From Bdellovibrionota bacterium (GTDB taxonomy: Bacteria > Bdellovibrionota_C > UBA2361 > JAFLCA01): DNA of 64,000 nucleotides. Position 1 is the first letter of the stretch, and each line of letters starts with the position of its first letter. The notes under the pieces are model-generated. The model searched no databases. It saw only the letters and a list, made by a program, of their open reading frames with translations, and was not told the origin of the DNA. The stretch covers positions 21,764 to 85,763 of the forward strand of contig JBIKUD010000002.1 in the NCBI GenBank assembly GCA_044347745.1. The letters are read 5' to 3'. A program made the position numbers and the translations under genes. This document shows, piece by piece, positions 10,090 through 19,801 of the stretch.

Positions 10090-12062
10090 ACGACACGTTG
10101 CGTGACCTCTTTGCAGTCGAGCGGGCAACCCACGTAGGAACTCTCGTAGCTTGTGTAAAGGAATTTGCACTTGAGCAGAAAGTAAACGAGCAAACCATCC
10201 AACAATTCCTTAGAGCAGCACATTCACTTAAGGGGGCCGCAAGACTCGTGAATGACCTATTCGTGGAGAAGACTGCTCATCAATTAGAGTCGCTCGTACA
10301 AGAAACAGTAAAGAACCCTGAAAATCCCCAAGCCATCCTTTCTGAATCTGTACTCAACCTCTTTAAGAATCACTTGAGAAACCTAGGTGTAGATTCGCTA
10401 GAACTTATCGCCGGAATAACAGCTTCAGCATCTACCGTGCAATCGGAGGGTGTCTGCCAAGTTACCGAGTCTGACCTATCGAAACTCAATCACCTTGCAT
10501 CAGAAGTGGCTCTCAGTATGAAACGGATTGAGAACCTACTCAATTCAACAAGCGTATCAGACAACGCACAAACCCGAGTCCTGGTGAATCAAGGTCGTGA
10601 AGAAGCGGAGCGTGGCCTTGAACTTGCCCGGCGCCTTCAAAGTCAAACATTACAACTCCAGCTTGTGTCGATTCAGGATGCAATGCGTTCCCTGAATACC
10701 ATGACGCAGGACTTGGCACTCCAACTAGATAAATCCATCAGATTAGTCGTAAAACCGGGATACACCTTAATCGATCGAAGCCTCGCACGACTCATTGAGC
10801 CTGCATTAATTCAACTCATTAGAAACTCCATAGACCACGGAATAGAAACAAAGTCAGAACGTGAACTATCAGGGAAACGCCTAGAGGCTGTCATTGAACT
10901 AAGTGCTCGTCAAAGGGGCACTACAGTTGAGGTAAAAATCCGTGATGATGGAAGAGGCATTGGACATGAACATATTCGCCAATCTGTAACAGAAAAGGGA
11001 CTTCATAGTAGTGAAGCCGCTAGCAAATTGACCAACTCGGAGCTAGAAGAGTTTATCTTTTTGCCTGGATTCAGCACCAAAAAGCAAGTTGGCCCAGTAA
11101 GCGGCAGAGGCATAGGACTTGATATCGTCAGGCCCAATTTAAGAGAGGTATTAGGTGATGTGACTGTCAGTTCTGAGCACGGCAAAGGCACGACCTTTAC
11201 AGTCACACTTCCCGGGCGTCTCTCTGTCCTTAAAGCGCTCATCCTCGAGGTCTCTGGTTGTGCAATCGCTTTGCCTCTTTCTTCAATACAAGCGGTAGTG
11301 CCCAAAGCAGAATATCCGATACAGCATGTAGACGGGGTACCCTGCATTATCGCTAATAATCAAGTAGTACATCTTCTCGATAGTCAAAGACTCTTTAGTC
11401 TGCCAAGACCTGACAACTTAGATTCTCATACAAACATTTCGCACTATGTTCTCTTCCCTCTTCAAGAGCAGATGGTCGCCCTGCCAGCGGATAGGATTCT
11501 TGGTGAGACCGACATTCTGATCCATCCACTCGATGGGAGGTTTAAGCAAAATCGTGCTGTTCTGGGTGTCGGCCGAGCTCTGGATCGTGACATTGTCACC
11601 ATTATAAACACAGAAAACCTAAGCCCCGTAACCCAGCAGAATGCGTCAAAACATGCCAGTATCAATGCTCACATAGAGAAGCGACAGATTCTCATAGTCG
11701 ACGACTCCCCAACGGTACGTGAGCTTGAACGGCGAATTTTAATGCTCCAAGGATACGAGTGCACGATTGCCGAGGATGGTCTCGACGCTCTAGGAAAAAT
11801 AGACTCCGCTCATTTTGACCTGGTAATTACAGACATCGATATGCCACGCATGGATGGCTTTGGACTTATACAGGGAATTCGTTCCCGTCCTAATCTTCAT
11901 GGGACTCCAATTCTCGTAGTCTCCTATAAAGACAGAGTAGTAGACCGTGAGAAAAGTATTTCCCTAGGTGCCCAGGCCTATTTAAGTAAGGGAAGCTTTA
12001 AAGATGATTCCTTTGTTCAAACTGTCGGCAATCTTTTACTACAACCGAAAGGGAACGTATGA
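10086..12062 (+). CDS. cheA: CheA-REC hybrid kinase (WspE-like)
   Basis: Hpt RAAHSLKGAAR, LIRNSIDHGIE, DDGRG, FLPGFST, SGRGIGLD, CheW domain, C-terminal REC. Confidence 0.93.
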   Translation: MNDTLRDLFAVERATHVGTLVACVKEFALEQKVNEQTIQQFLRAAHSLKGAARLVNDLFVEKTAHQLESLVQETVKNPENPQAILSESVLNLFKNHLRNLGVDSLELIAGITASASTVQSEGVCQVTESDLSKLNHLASEVALSMKRIENLLNSTSVSDNAQTRVLVNQGREEAERGLELARRLQSQTLQLQLVSIQDAMRSLNTMTQDLALQLDKSIRLVVKPGYTLIDRSLARLIEPALIQLIRNSIDHGIETKSERELSGKRLEAVIELSARQRGTTVEVKIRDDGRGIGHEHIRQSVTEKGLHSSEAASKLTNSELEEFIFLPGFSTKKQVGPVSGRGIGLDIVRPNLREVLGDVTVSSEHGKGTTFTVTLPGRLSVLKALILEVSGCAIALPLSSIQAVVPKAEYPIQHVDGVPCIIANNQVVHLLDSQRLFSLPRPDNLDSHTNISHYVLFPLQEQMVALPADRILGETDILIHPLDGRFKQNRAVLGVGRALDRDIVTIINTENLSPVTQQNASKHASINAHIEKRQILIVDDSPTVRELERRILMLQGYECTIAEDGLDALGKIDSAHFDLVITDIDMPRMDGFGLIQGIRSRPNLHGTPILVVSYKDRVVDREKSISLGAQAYLSKGSFKDDSFVQTVGNLLLQPKGNV

Positions 12063-12724
12063 AACCGAGAGTGGCTACAAATTTACAGGCAGGCCCTCCC
12101 CCCGCTAGCAAAACTACGTATGCCTTATCCACGCCTCCGCTCATTCTTGTCGGCGCATCAACTGGGGGCCCCGGTGCATTAAAATCTTTGCTTCTTCAAA
12201 TACCGAATCAATTCTGGGGCTCTATCATAATCGTGCAGCGTCTTGATTCGCAGTTTCTTAATGGCTTCGTAGATTGGATAGCCGAGGCAACAGGGAAACA
12301 AGTCAAAGTTCCAGAAAGTGGCCAAATGCCAGAACCAGGAGTTGTCTACATAGCAGGTGCCCATGGCAATCTACAGCTTAACCAGAGAGGATGCTTTGAG
12401 TATGCCCCGTGCAATCCAAAGCAACACTATTGTCCCTCGATAGACGTGCTTTTTGATTCAGTTGCGAATGCGTCCTTCGCGCCAAGTATCGCTTGCCTGC
12501 TCACTGGTATGGGTAGCGATGGCGCCTTAGGGCTTGCAGCGCTCGCTAAACGCGGTTGGAGGACGTACGTCCAGACGCCCCTTTCTTGCGCAGTTGATGG
12601 CATGCCTATGGCTGCTCTAAAAATTCACCCTGCACATAATTCAAGCAGCATTGAACAGATGAGCAATCAAATCCGTGTTTCCACAATCAATTTTATGCGA
12701 GGTACTTATGCAAACCAGAAATAA
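12059..12724 (+). CDS. cheB: CheB methylesterase domain only (no REC), catalytic His replaced by Arg (WspF-like)
   Basis: GASTGGP, IVQR instead of IVQH, PSIDVLF, LTGMGSDG. Confidence 0.85.
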   Translation: MKPRVATNLQAGPPPASKTTYALSTPPLILVGASTGGPGALKSLLLQIPNQFWGSIIIVQRLDSQFLNGFVDWIAEATGKQVKVPESGQMPEPGVVYIAGAHGNLQLNQRGCFEYAPCNPKQHYCPSIDVLFDSVANASFAPSIACLLTGMGSDGALGLAALAKRGWRTYVQTPLSCAVDGMPMAALKIHPAHNSSSIEQMSNQIRVSTINFMRGTYANQK

Positions 12725-13862
12725 TGAACATAAAGTTCTCCTTTGTGATGACCAAGAAATTGTGGCTGTGGCACTCAAACAAATGCTCCACGACAAAGAG
12801 GGCATCATATGTATGCATGTCGCCAGCCAAGCCGCATTATTTGAAGCTCTCCAAAGTTTTAAACCAACGGTGCTCCTTCTTGATTTAATTCTGCCAGAGG
12901 CTAATGGGATTCAGATCACCAAACAAATCAGAGCCGATAAGAATATTCCCCATATTCCCATAGTACTGCTGTCATCTGCCGATGAAGCTCAGGTAAAAGC
13001 GGATGCATTCATTGCAGGGGTAAATGACTATCTGGTGAAATTCCCCAATGCAGTTGAGCTCGTTGCCCGGGTAACTTACCACTCTCAAGCTTTTATGGAC
13101 CATCAGGCGAATATCAAAGCCCGCTCTGAATCTGAGCAAAGGTCTCGGGTAGAAGCACTCGGCACCTTAGCCGCCGGCATCGCCCATGAAATTAATACCC
13201 CACTCCAATATGTCACGGCCAATCTTGAATACGTGCTTACAAGCATTGAGTCCGCGACCGTAGAGTCCGAAGTTCCTGCAGCTTTGAAGGACGCACTGCA
13301 AGGAGTACAGCAAATCTCTTCAATTGTTCGTGCAATGAAAGCTTTTGCCCATCCGGGAAGAGAGGAACACGTTACCGTAAAGGTTCATGAGCTATTATCA
13401 GATGTTGCCCTTCTTAGCCGAAACGAATGGAAAGATGTCGCAAGACTTGAAGTTGCTCCCATACCCGAAGGACTGACCGTTACTGGCTCACCTGGCGCAC
13501 TCAGTCAGGTACTCATAAATCTCGTTGTGAATGCTGCGCAAGCGATACGTGACAACAAAATTGCCGCCGGGCTTATCTCTCTGAGAGCCGCTAATCATAA
13601 CAACACTCTTCTTATCGAGGTTGAAGATAACGGCGGTGGAATTCCGCTAGAGGTCCAAGGCAAAATCTTTGACCCATTTTTTACCACAAAAGATAGAGGT
13701 GAAGGCAGCGGACAGGGATTAACCATATCGAGAAGCCTTATTGAAGAAACACATCAAGGGAAACTTTCATTTGAGTCTAGCCCCGGAAAAGGAACTACCT
13801 TCAAAATTGATTTGCCCCTTAGTAGTACCCAACCTCATGATCTTCAATCGGCAACCCATTAA
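12708..13862 (+). CDS. WspR-like REC fused to a histidine kinase
   Basis: VLLCDDQ...GVNDYLVKFPNAVELVARVTYHS; H-box AHEINTP, NLVVNA, DNGGG, FFTTK, GQGL; GAGGT SD before ATG 12708. Confidence 0.88.
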   Translation: MQTRNNEHKVLLCDDQEIVAVALKQMLHDKEGIICMHVASQAALFEALQSFKPTVLLLDLILPEANGIQITKQIRADKNIPHIPIVLLSSADEAQVKADAFIAGVNDYLVKFPNAVELVARVTYHSQAFMDHQANIKARSESEQRSRVEALGTLAAGIAHEINTPLQYVTANLEYVLTSIESATVESEVPAALKDALQGVQQISSIVRAMKAFAHPGREEHVTVKVHELLSDVALLSRNEWKDVARLEVAPIPEGLTVTGSPGALSQVLINLVVNAAQAIRDNKIAAGLISLRAANHNNTLLIEVEDNGGGIPLEVQGKIFDPFFTTKDRGEGSGQGLTISRSLIEETHQGKLSFESSPGKGTTFKIDLPLSSTQPHDLQSATH

Positions 13863-13877
13863 TCAGAAGGAAGCAAC

Positions 13878-14384
13878 ATGAATAACAAACCAATTGTTCT
13901 ATTCGTTGACGATGAACCCCAAATTCTTAATGCATGGCGCCGCGCCTTTGGCGGAGAACCGTACACCATGCTTACCGCGGGAAGCGGCAGCGAGGGCCTA
14001 CGCATCGCGAAGGAAACAAGGTTGGCTGCGGTCGTAAGTGACTACGCAATGGCAAACGGCGACGGCTTAGACTTTCTCAAATACATCAATCAAGTATATC
14101 CAGACACGACCCGCATCATGATAAGCGGACACGCGACACTTGAGGTCGCGAAGGCGGCCATTAATTCATGTGGAATCATGCGTCTGTTTCAAAAACCCTG
14201 CTCTACGGTTGAACTTGGGGTCGCCATACGCGAGGCAATTAGCGAACATTACCGCCGTTGCCCAGCTTGCCCAATTGGGAGCCGCAGCTCAGAAGTTATT
14301 CAACTTGAGAACAGTTATCCGGGCATCACCAAAGTGGACCGCGATTCCAGTGGACGGATACTATTAGATGAAGGCACAAATTAA
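13878..14384 (+). CDS. Single-domain response regulator with short C-terminal tail
   Basis: VLFVDDE...VSDYAM...MISG...FQKPC. Confidence 0.85.
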   Translation: MNNKPIVLFVDDEPQILNAWRRAFGGEPYTMLTAGSGSEGLRIAKETRLAAVVSDYAMANGDGLDFLKYINQVYPDTTRIMISGHATLEVAKAAINSCGIMRLFQKPCSTVELGVAIREAISEHYRRCPACPIGSRSSEVIQLENSYPGITKVDRDSSGRILLDEGTN

Positions 14385-14458
14385 GGTACTGTCTGTAATC
14401 GACCAAGGGTGAACTGCCCTAGCAGTCAGTGATAAAGCTAAATTTGTCGGAAAAATCT

Positions 14459-14644
14459 CTAGAAGCAATCTCACAATTCATACATTTGAGATAGCTTCTA
14501 GGCGCGCCAAGAATAGCGTGCTCGGCGACCGAGCTTGCGAAGAGTCTGGTATGACGCAAGGACGGGGCCTTTATCGGGTCCCGGTCCAAGCTTGTGGAGC
14601 ACTCTCATACCTGCCAGAGAAGGCATAAATGGAATAAGTTCTAG
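14459..14644. mobile_element. CTAG-ended structured repeat / MITE-like element, copy A
   Basis: CTAGAAGCAATCTCA...TGAGATAGCTTCTAG hairpin plus core GCGCGCCAAG...CTCGGCGACCGAG...GGACGGGGCC shared with 34027-34223 and 24341-24516. Confidence 0.75.
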
Positions 14645-15960
14645 TTGGACATTTTTACCAAAGTTTTTCCTGCGTTACGCCAAGCAAGCAGACCTCCTGC
14701 TAAGGAAAACGCGCTATACCCCTGAGATTGTAGATACGCCGCATACCGTATGGTTTTCTCGCCAACAGGACAAAGCAACAAAATCGCTCGCTCCTTAGGA
14801 AAAGGAGCTGCGCCATCGATCATTTGCTCAAGCAGTTGCCAAGCGATATTTAATGCACCGGGTAAAGTCATAAGCTTATAAGAAAGATTGCCACGTACAT
14901 CGATAATAAGCGGGTTATTCTCCTCTATCCATTGTGGAGCTGCCTCCACGGAAATTGTACAGCCTGCCCCACTCGGAGATCGTTCAAAAGCCTGCAATCC
15001 CTTACTGCTGGCATCTGCTGAAAATAGTTGCGGCCTTCTCGCTCGGATATAATCCATATACCATTCGAGACGGTCACAGACGATAAACACCGCTTTCTTG
15101 CGCTCGGTCAATGTGGGCGCAATCTTTTGAAGGTAACGCAACGTCCCTAAATAACTTGCGCCGCTGGTCGGGCCGCACAGGATACCTACCTTTCGGACAA
15201 GTTCCATCATCGCATCAACAGCATCACCCGAATCTACATACAAAAAGTCTGCATAGTGTTCTTTGGTAAACAATCCAGATTCCCACATTTGATCTAAACT
15301 ACGAATCCCAGGAATAAAATCATTCTTACTGGCGCAGACACCAACGGTAACAAGATCCGGACTTCTGCCCTGCTTCAATCTTCGTGCAACTCCCAAAGTA
15401 GAGCCCGACGTACCTAGTCCGCCAAAAAAATAATCGACCCGACCCAAATCATCTTCAATCTCTTTACCAGTAGTTGCAAAATGGACGTCTGGATTTTTTG
15501 GATTGGTAAATTGTGAAGGGAAATAGGCTTGTGCCGGGTTAGCCTTAACTGTTTTTTCAATCAAATATTGAGGGTCATTGGGATCGTTTGGATCAAAACA
15601 CTCGCTGCCACCAACAACTTCCTCAATCTCAGCTCCGAGAAGTCGCACGATATCTTTGACACCCTCTAGTTTTGCAAGATAGGTAATAAGTTTTGTGCGT
15701 ACCCCATGTATACTGGCTATAACTTGCAATGCTTTAGCGGTGTTCCCCGAGGAGTTTTCATAAATCGTCTGACCTTTTGCCTGAATATCAGCGATATCAT
15801 CTTTGATCATTCCCCAAGCAATTCTATCTTTCACCGAACCGAATGGATTCATCATCTCTAGCTTGGCGTATAAATCAATGTGTGGCAGACCGTGAACCTC
15901 TGGGGGAATACGCAGAAGTGGTGTGTTACCAATTAAATCCGTTATCTTCTGATAAATCAT
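14641..15960 (-). CDS. PLP-dependent cysteine synthase-family enzyme fused to a C-terminal rhodanese domain
   Basis: IGNTPL, KLEMMNPFGSVKDR (PLP Lys), SSGNT, GLGTSG; IIDVRG...CPVGEKT...SLAGGLLAW rhodanese. Confidence 0.9.
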   Translation of the reverse strand: MIYQKITDLIGNTPLLRIPPEVHGLPHIDLYAKLEMMNPFGSVKDRIAWGMIKDDIADIQAKGQTIYENSSGNTAKALQVIASIHGVRTKLITYLAKLEGVKDIVRLLGAEIEEVVGGSECFDPNDPNDPQYLIEKTVKANPAQAYFPSQFTNPKNPDVHFATTGKEIEDDLGRVDYFFGGLGTSGSTLGVARRLKQGRSPDLVTVGVCASKNDFIPGIRSLDQMWESGLFTKEHYADFLYVDSGDAVDAMMELVRKVGILCGPTSGASYLGTLRYLQKIAPTLTERKKAVFIVCDRLEWYMDYIRARRPQLFSADASSKGLQAFERSPSGAGCTISVEAAPQWIEENNPLIIDVRGNLSYKLMTLPGALNIAWQLLEQMIDGAAPFPKERAILLLCPVGEKTIRYAAYLQSQGYSAFSLAGGLLAWRNAGKTLVKMSN

Positions 15961-17477
15961 TTGAGCATCCTTTGAGCTAGCGGATTATACAGCTCTTCCC
16001 TGAACCAACAAAAACGCCCATCAACCTCAACAACTGCCACCTTATCCGCAATACGCTGTTGCAATACGGTAGTTTCGGCAAAATCCATCTGGTAAGCAGC
16101 CGTATTAACAAATGCAACCACATCCCCCGCCTGCGGAAGAAAACCCGGAAACGTTTTGTGATACTGAATCATGTCGTGCGTAAGACAAAGATTTCCGACG
16201 TAATACACTCCATTTTCTGCGGGCTGCGACGCAAGACCTTTATGCAACACGATAGGATCTGTAAGCAGTTTAAGTTGGGTTGCATTCAAATTCGTGCGAT
16301 TCATATCAAGCATCACTAACGTTTCATTGGTGAGCGACTGTTTAATAAAATTAACTCGGGCAAGTGTGATGCCACACTGGTCCAAAAGCGCACGCCCAGG
16401 CTCTACATAGAGCTCCATCAAACTATCGCTGAGTATGTTTGCAAGACTTTGATTGCCAAAGGACGGCAAATGCGTATCAATTACAGAGGCAAGATCCCCG
16501 GGTCCGTCATCCTTATGGAAATGTTCCATAAAATTTGGCGCTCCCTTAAGCACCCCTTTCTCACTACTAAATCCAAGTCCGCTTTCGTTCCAGGTAATTG
16601 AACTGCGCTGCCCCAGAACAGATGCCTTCAACTCTTCGACCCAGAGATTCCATTCATCCTGCGAGGCTGCATACCGAATCCGATATCCTCCCCCAATATT
16701 CAAACCTCGTGGATTTAGACCACGCTCAATACAGGCAAAAGTTAGTTCAAGACACTTTTCTATTGCCAGCGGACGTCGAATATAATCACCCGCGTTAAAG
16801 TGGAAAGAGAACCCTCGAAAATCGATGGTTTCCCTATGTGCAAGGAGAAAATCAATCAGACCGGCAACCTCTTCTGCACGATTTCCAAATGCACTGTCTT
16901 GGGCAGTAAATTTTTTATGGGAAGAGACAAAACCATCAAGGCGCACCAGCACTCCAATTTTTTCTCGCTTTGGAAGCACTGCCGCCATCTGCACCAATTG
17001 CTGCAGCTCCACAAAGTTATCCACATTGAACAAGATCCCGTGCTGTACCCCCAAACTAAGGTAATCAAGATTTTTTGGACCAGTTGCCTCAATACGCGAG
17101 GGATGGAAGCCCGTCGTTAAACCATTTTTAAGTTCGCCTTCCGACGATACATCAAGGCCAACTGAAGTAAGAGCCGCGCGTTTCCTCAATGCTAAAGATT
17201 TATTTGGCTTAGAAGTGTAGAAAATTCGACCTTGCAACGATCGCTCGCGATACACCTTCTCAAATCCCGCAATGGTTTCGGCTATATTATCTGGGAAAAT
17301 GATATTGAGGGGTGAGCCTAATCCATCTACCAGGGAAAAGGCCAAATCTTTGGAATCCAGAAATCGCTGAATTGACGGATGAATTGCTGCTCTCACCCGT
17401 GGCCGGATTCGATTTAACTGCGTACCCAGTAATTGATCAGCGAGACAAGAAGCCGACTCCCCAACAGTGCTGCTCAT
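15957..17477 (-). CDS. Y4yA-type PLP-dependent decarboxylase (diaminopimelate decarboxylase-like fold)
   Basis: YTSKPN, DVSSEGEL, ATGPK, NIGGG, EPGRALL, GNLC, TAAY; ATGA overlaps on both sides. Confidence 0.85.
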   Translation of the reverse strand: MSSTVGESASCLADQLLGTQLNRIRPRVRAAIHPSIQRFLDSKDLAFSLVDGLGSPLNIIFPDNIAETIAGFEKVYRERSLQGRIFYTSKPNKSLALRKRAALTSVGLDVSSEGELKNGLTTGFHPSRIEATGPKNLDYLSLGVQHGILFNVDNFVELQQLVQMAAVLPKREKIGVLVRLDGFVSSHKKFTAQDSAFGNRAEEVAGLIDFLLAHRETIDFRGFSFHFNAGDYIRRPLAIEKCLELTFACIERGLNPRGLNIGGGYRIRYAASQDEWNLWVEELKASVLGQRSSITWNESGLGFSSEKGVLKGAPNFMEHFHKDDGPGDLASVIDTHLPSFGNQSLANILSDSLMELYVEPGRALLDQCGITLARVNFIKQSLTNETLVMLDMNRTNLNATQLKLLTDPIVLHKGLASQPAENGVYYVGNLCLTHDMIQYHKTFPGFLPQAGDVVAFVNTAAYQMDFAETTVLQQRIADKVAVVEVDGRFCWFREELYNPLAQRMLK

Positions 17478-18430
17478 GGTGCCTCATTCGCCAGAAAAAA
17501 GTTTTGATCAATCTGATTACTCACATCGCCGTAGCTCAATTTTACCCACTCTTTCTCGTTTAAACGCTGATGCAATCGGCGAAGCATAACTTGGCGCTGT
17601 TTCGGAGAAATTCGTGGAGCAGAAGCAAGTGTGTAAATTCGGTCCATTAATTGATGCAGCTCGTTAGTCAAAGTTTGTGCGGGTATTGCGTGGCCTCGCT
17701 GGCGCATCCTTTTTAGTTGCGGCATAAAATCAATAGTCCCAAGCGCCGATACTCCTGTATGCTCTGCAATAAAAGCTAAGTCTTCTGAATTTTCTACTTT
17801 ATTTGCGACTACCTGAACAATGGTCTCGATTCCTGCGCTTTTTGCGAGATTAAGGTAGAGCTTTGAAACCGCAACCGATTCGGGAGTTGGTTCTGTCAGG
17901 AGGACAATACAATCAAATTGTACATACATTGAATACGCAAATGAATCGGTGCCGGCAACCATATCACAGACAACATCAAACTTTTCAGCCAACATATGTG
18001 ACAGAAGGTTCTCGGCCACAAACAGGTGGGAGTGATAGCAGGTTTGCCCAATACCAGATGTTTCATACGTACCCACCGTCAGTAATTGTGTATGGGCATC
18101 GATAGGTAAAGCGTAATCCTCAATCACTGAATCGTGAATATGTGAAATAACATTTGAGCCAGGACCCGGAGGGGTGGTTGGAAGAAACATTTTTATATCT
18201 GGTATACGAGAATTGGCTCCCTTTAAATGAGTGCGAATTGAAGCCGCAACTTCGGGTGAGGACAAAAAGCGCTCCGAGGGACAGTGCACTCCAAGCAACC
18301 CGCTGAGATTCATATTTATATCGGCATCAATTGCCAGCGTATCCCTGGCCTTTGCTTGTAAATATCTTATAAACAGGGCAGCTACCGTGCTCTTTCCCGA
18401 TCCGCCCTTGCCTACAAATGCAATTTTCAT
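17474..18430 (-). CDS. CooC/MinD-like P-loop ATPase with CYH motif
   Basis: MKIAFVGKGGSGKST, IDAD, GQTCYHS, DMVAG, EPTPES, VANKV; GGGGAG SD before ATG 18430. Confidence 0.85.
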   Translation of the reverse strand: MKIAFVGKGGSGKSTVAALFIRYLQAKARDTLAIDADINMNLSGLLGVHCPSERFLSSPEVAASIRTHLKGANSRIPDIKMFLPTTPPGPGSNVISHIHDSVIEDYALPIDAHTQLLTVGTYETSGIGQTCYHSHLFVAENLLSHMLAEKFDVVCDMVAGTDSFAYSMYVQFDCIVLLTEPTPESVAVSKLYLNLAKSAGIETIVQVVANKVENSEDLAFIAEHTGVSALGTIDFMPQLKRMRQRGHAIPAQTLTNELHQLMDRIYTLASAPRISPKQRQVMLRRLHQRLNEKEWVKLSYGDVSNQIDQNFFLANEAP

Positions 18431-18449
18431 TCTGTACTCCCCTTTCCCT

Positions 18450-19583
18450 TTATCTGGACTGATACATCTCACTCACTGCATGTTGTATCATACCTGCAGC
18501 TTCCTCTACCTCTGCTCGTGATGTCATACGACTGAATGATATGCGCACGCACTCGCGAGCAGCCTCCACCCCCGCAATCGCCGATATCACATGAGAATAC
18601 TCGTTCCGCGAACTGCTACAGGCAGCTCCAGTGCCGAAGGACACCTCTGGTAACGCCATAACGAGGGCTTCGCTATCAATTCCAGGGAATCGTAAGGCTA
18701 ATATTCCTGGGACTTGCCAGGCTTCATCAGCATGCCCGTAGACAACGGGACCAAGCTGCTTCAAAACTCCTAAGAACTTATGACGCAGCGCCTGCTGCGA
18801 AGCAGTGTTTATTTCTAATATGTCGCACGCCTTTCCGAATCCAACACACAACGCTGTCGGAAGAGTTCCTGATCGCAAGTTTTTTTGCTGTCCTCCACCT
18901 CGTAAAAGTGGCACTACCTCCTTCTGTAGCTCTGCTCGAAGGTAGAGAGCTCCTATGCCCTGAGGACCATGAACCTTATGGGCAGACATGCTCGCAAAAT
19001 CGACCGAAGCACTCACCACATCAAATGGTATCTTTCCAATCGCTTGAGCAGCGTCGCAATGCAGCAGAATATCACGACCTGCCAACAGCGCCGCCACCTC
19101 TTTGACAGGTTGAACTGTGCCAGTTTCATTGTTCACAGCCTGCAAACACACCAGACCTGTCTTTTCAGTTAAGTACGGATCAATGGTGCTGGCTTCAACC
19201 ATTCCGCAAGGTTTTGGCGGCACCATAGTCACCGTGAAACCATCTATGCAATTTATTGCCTGAAGAACACTTGAATGCTCCAGCGCACTCGCAATAATGT
19301 GAGTCTTTCCTTTGCTCAATAAGTAGTCTGATATCCCGTGTACCGCCAAGTTATTGGCTTCGGTTGCGCCCGACGTAAAAATAATCTCTTCAGGCCTGGC
19401 ATTCACCGCGTTGGCAACACTATTTTGCGCCTCACTTACCGCACGCTCTGCAGCAGCCCCATGCACATGATGGCGCGCATGCGGATTCGCCGGAAATTGG
19501 AACCACGGCAACATTGCCTCCAGCACTCGCGGGTCAACACATGTACTTGCTGCCGAATCTAAATATATCGCTTGAGCACTCAT
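18450..19583 (-). CDS. Cysteine desulfurase (IscS/NifS group I)
   Basis: YLDSAAS, FTSGATEANN, NNETG, DAAQ, SAHKVHGPQG, RSGT, GAACSS catalytic Cys. Confidence 0.92.
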   Translation of the reverse strand: MSAQAIYLDSAASTCVDPRVLEAMLPWFQFPANPHARHHVHGAAAERAVSEAQNSVANAVNARPEEIIFTSGATEANNLAVHGISDYLLSKGKTHIIASALEHSSVLQAINCIDGFTVTMVPPKPCGMVEASTIDPYLTEKTGLVCLQAVNNETGTVQPVKEVAALLAGRDILLHCDAAQAIGKIPFDVVSASVDFASMSAHKVHGPQGIGALYLRAELQKEVVPLLRGGGQQKNLRSGTLPTALCVGFGKACDILEINTASQQALRHKFLGVLKQLGPVVYGHADEAWQVPGILALRFPGIDSEALVMALPEVSFGTGAACSSSRNEYSHVISAIAGVEAARECVRISFSRMTSRAEVEEAAGMIQHAVSEMYQSR

Positions 19584-19707
19584 GAAGACGATCAACACAA
19601 TTCAAAATTACGCACCAAGTAACAATCAAATCAGCGTGAAACATTTGTCATGCCGACTGAGAGACTAAGCCATTAGAACCCATAGAACTTTTCTCCCCCC
19701 TTGCATA

Positions 19708-19745
19708 TGCAACTGAGTTGCGTTACATAATGCAACCAAGTTGCA
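19708..19745. promoter_or_regulatory. Two Fur/Zur-type operator boxes in the divergent promoter region
   Basis: TGCAACTGAGTTGCG (19708-19722) and TGCAACCAAGTTGCA (19731-19745) overlap TTGCAT...CATAAT promoter elements. Confidence 0.75.
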
Positions 19746-19801
19746 AATTAGTCAAAGTCCCGTTATTTCAAGGACAAAGGACATTTTAGGGGGAAGTCCA
19801 G

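Noticed and set aside
17474-18430. True CooC of CO dehydrogenase maturation, or a ParA
   Set aside because: Lacks the CxC motif; no CODH or parB neighbours
18450-19583. Desulfurase as dndA or isc/suf component
   Set aside because: No dnd/ssp or Fe-S scaffold genes nearby; it heads the PLP/rhodanese operon
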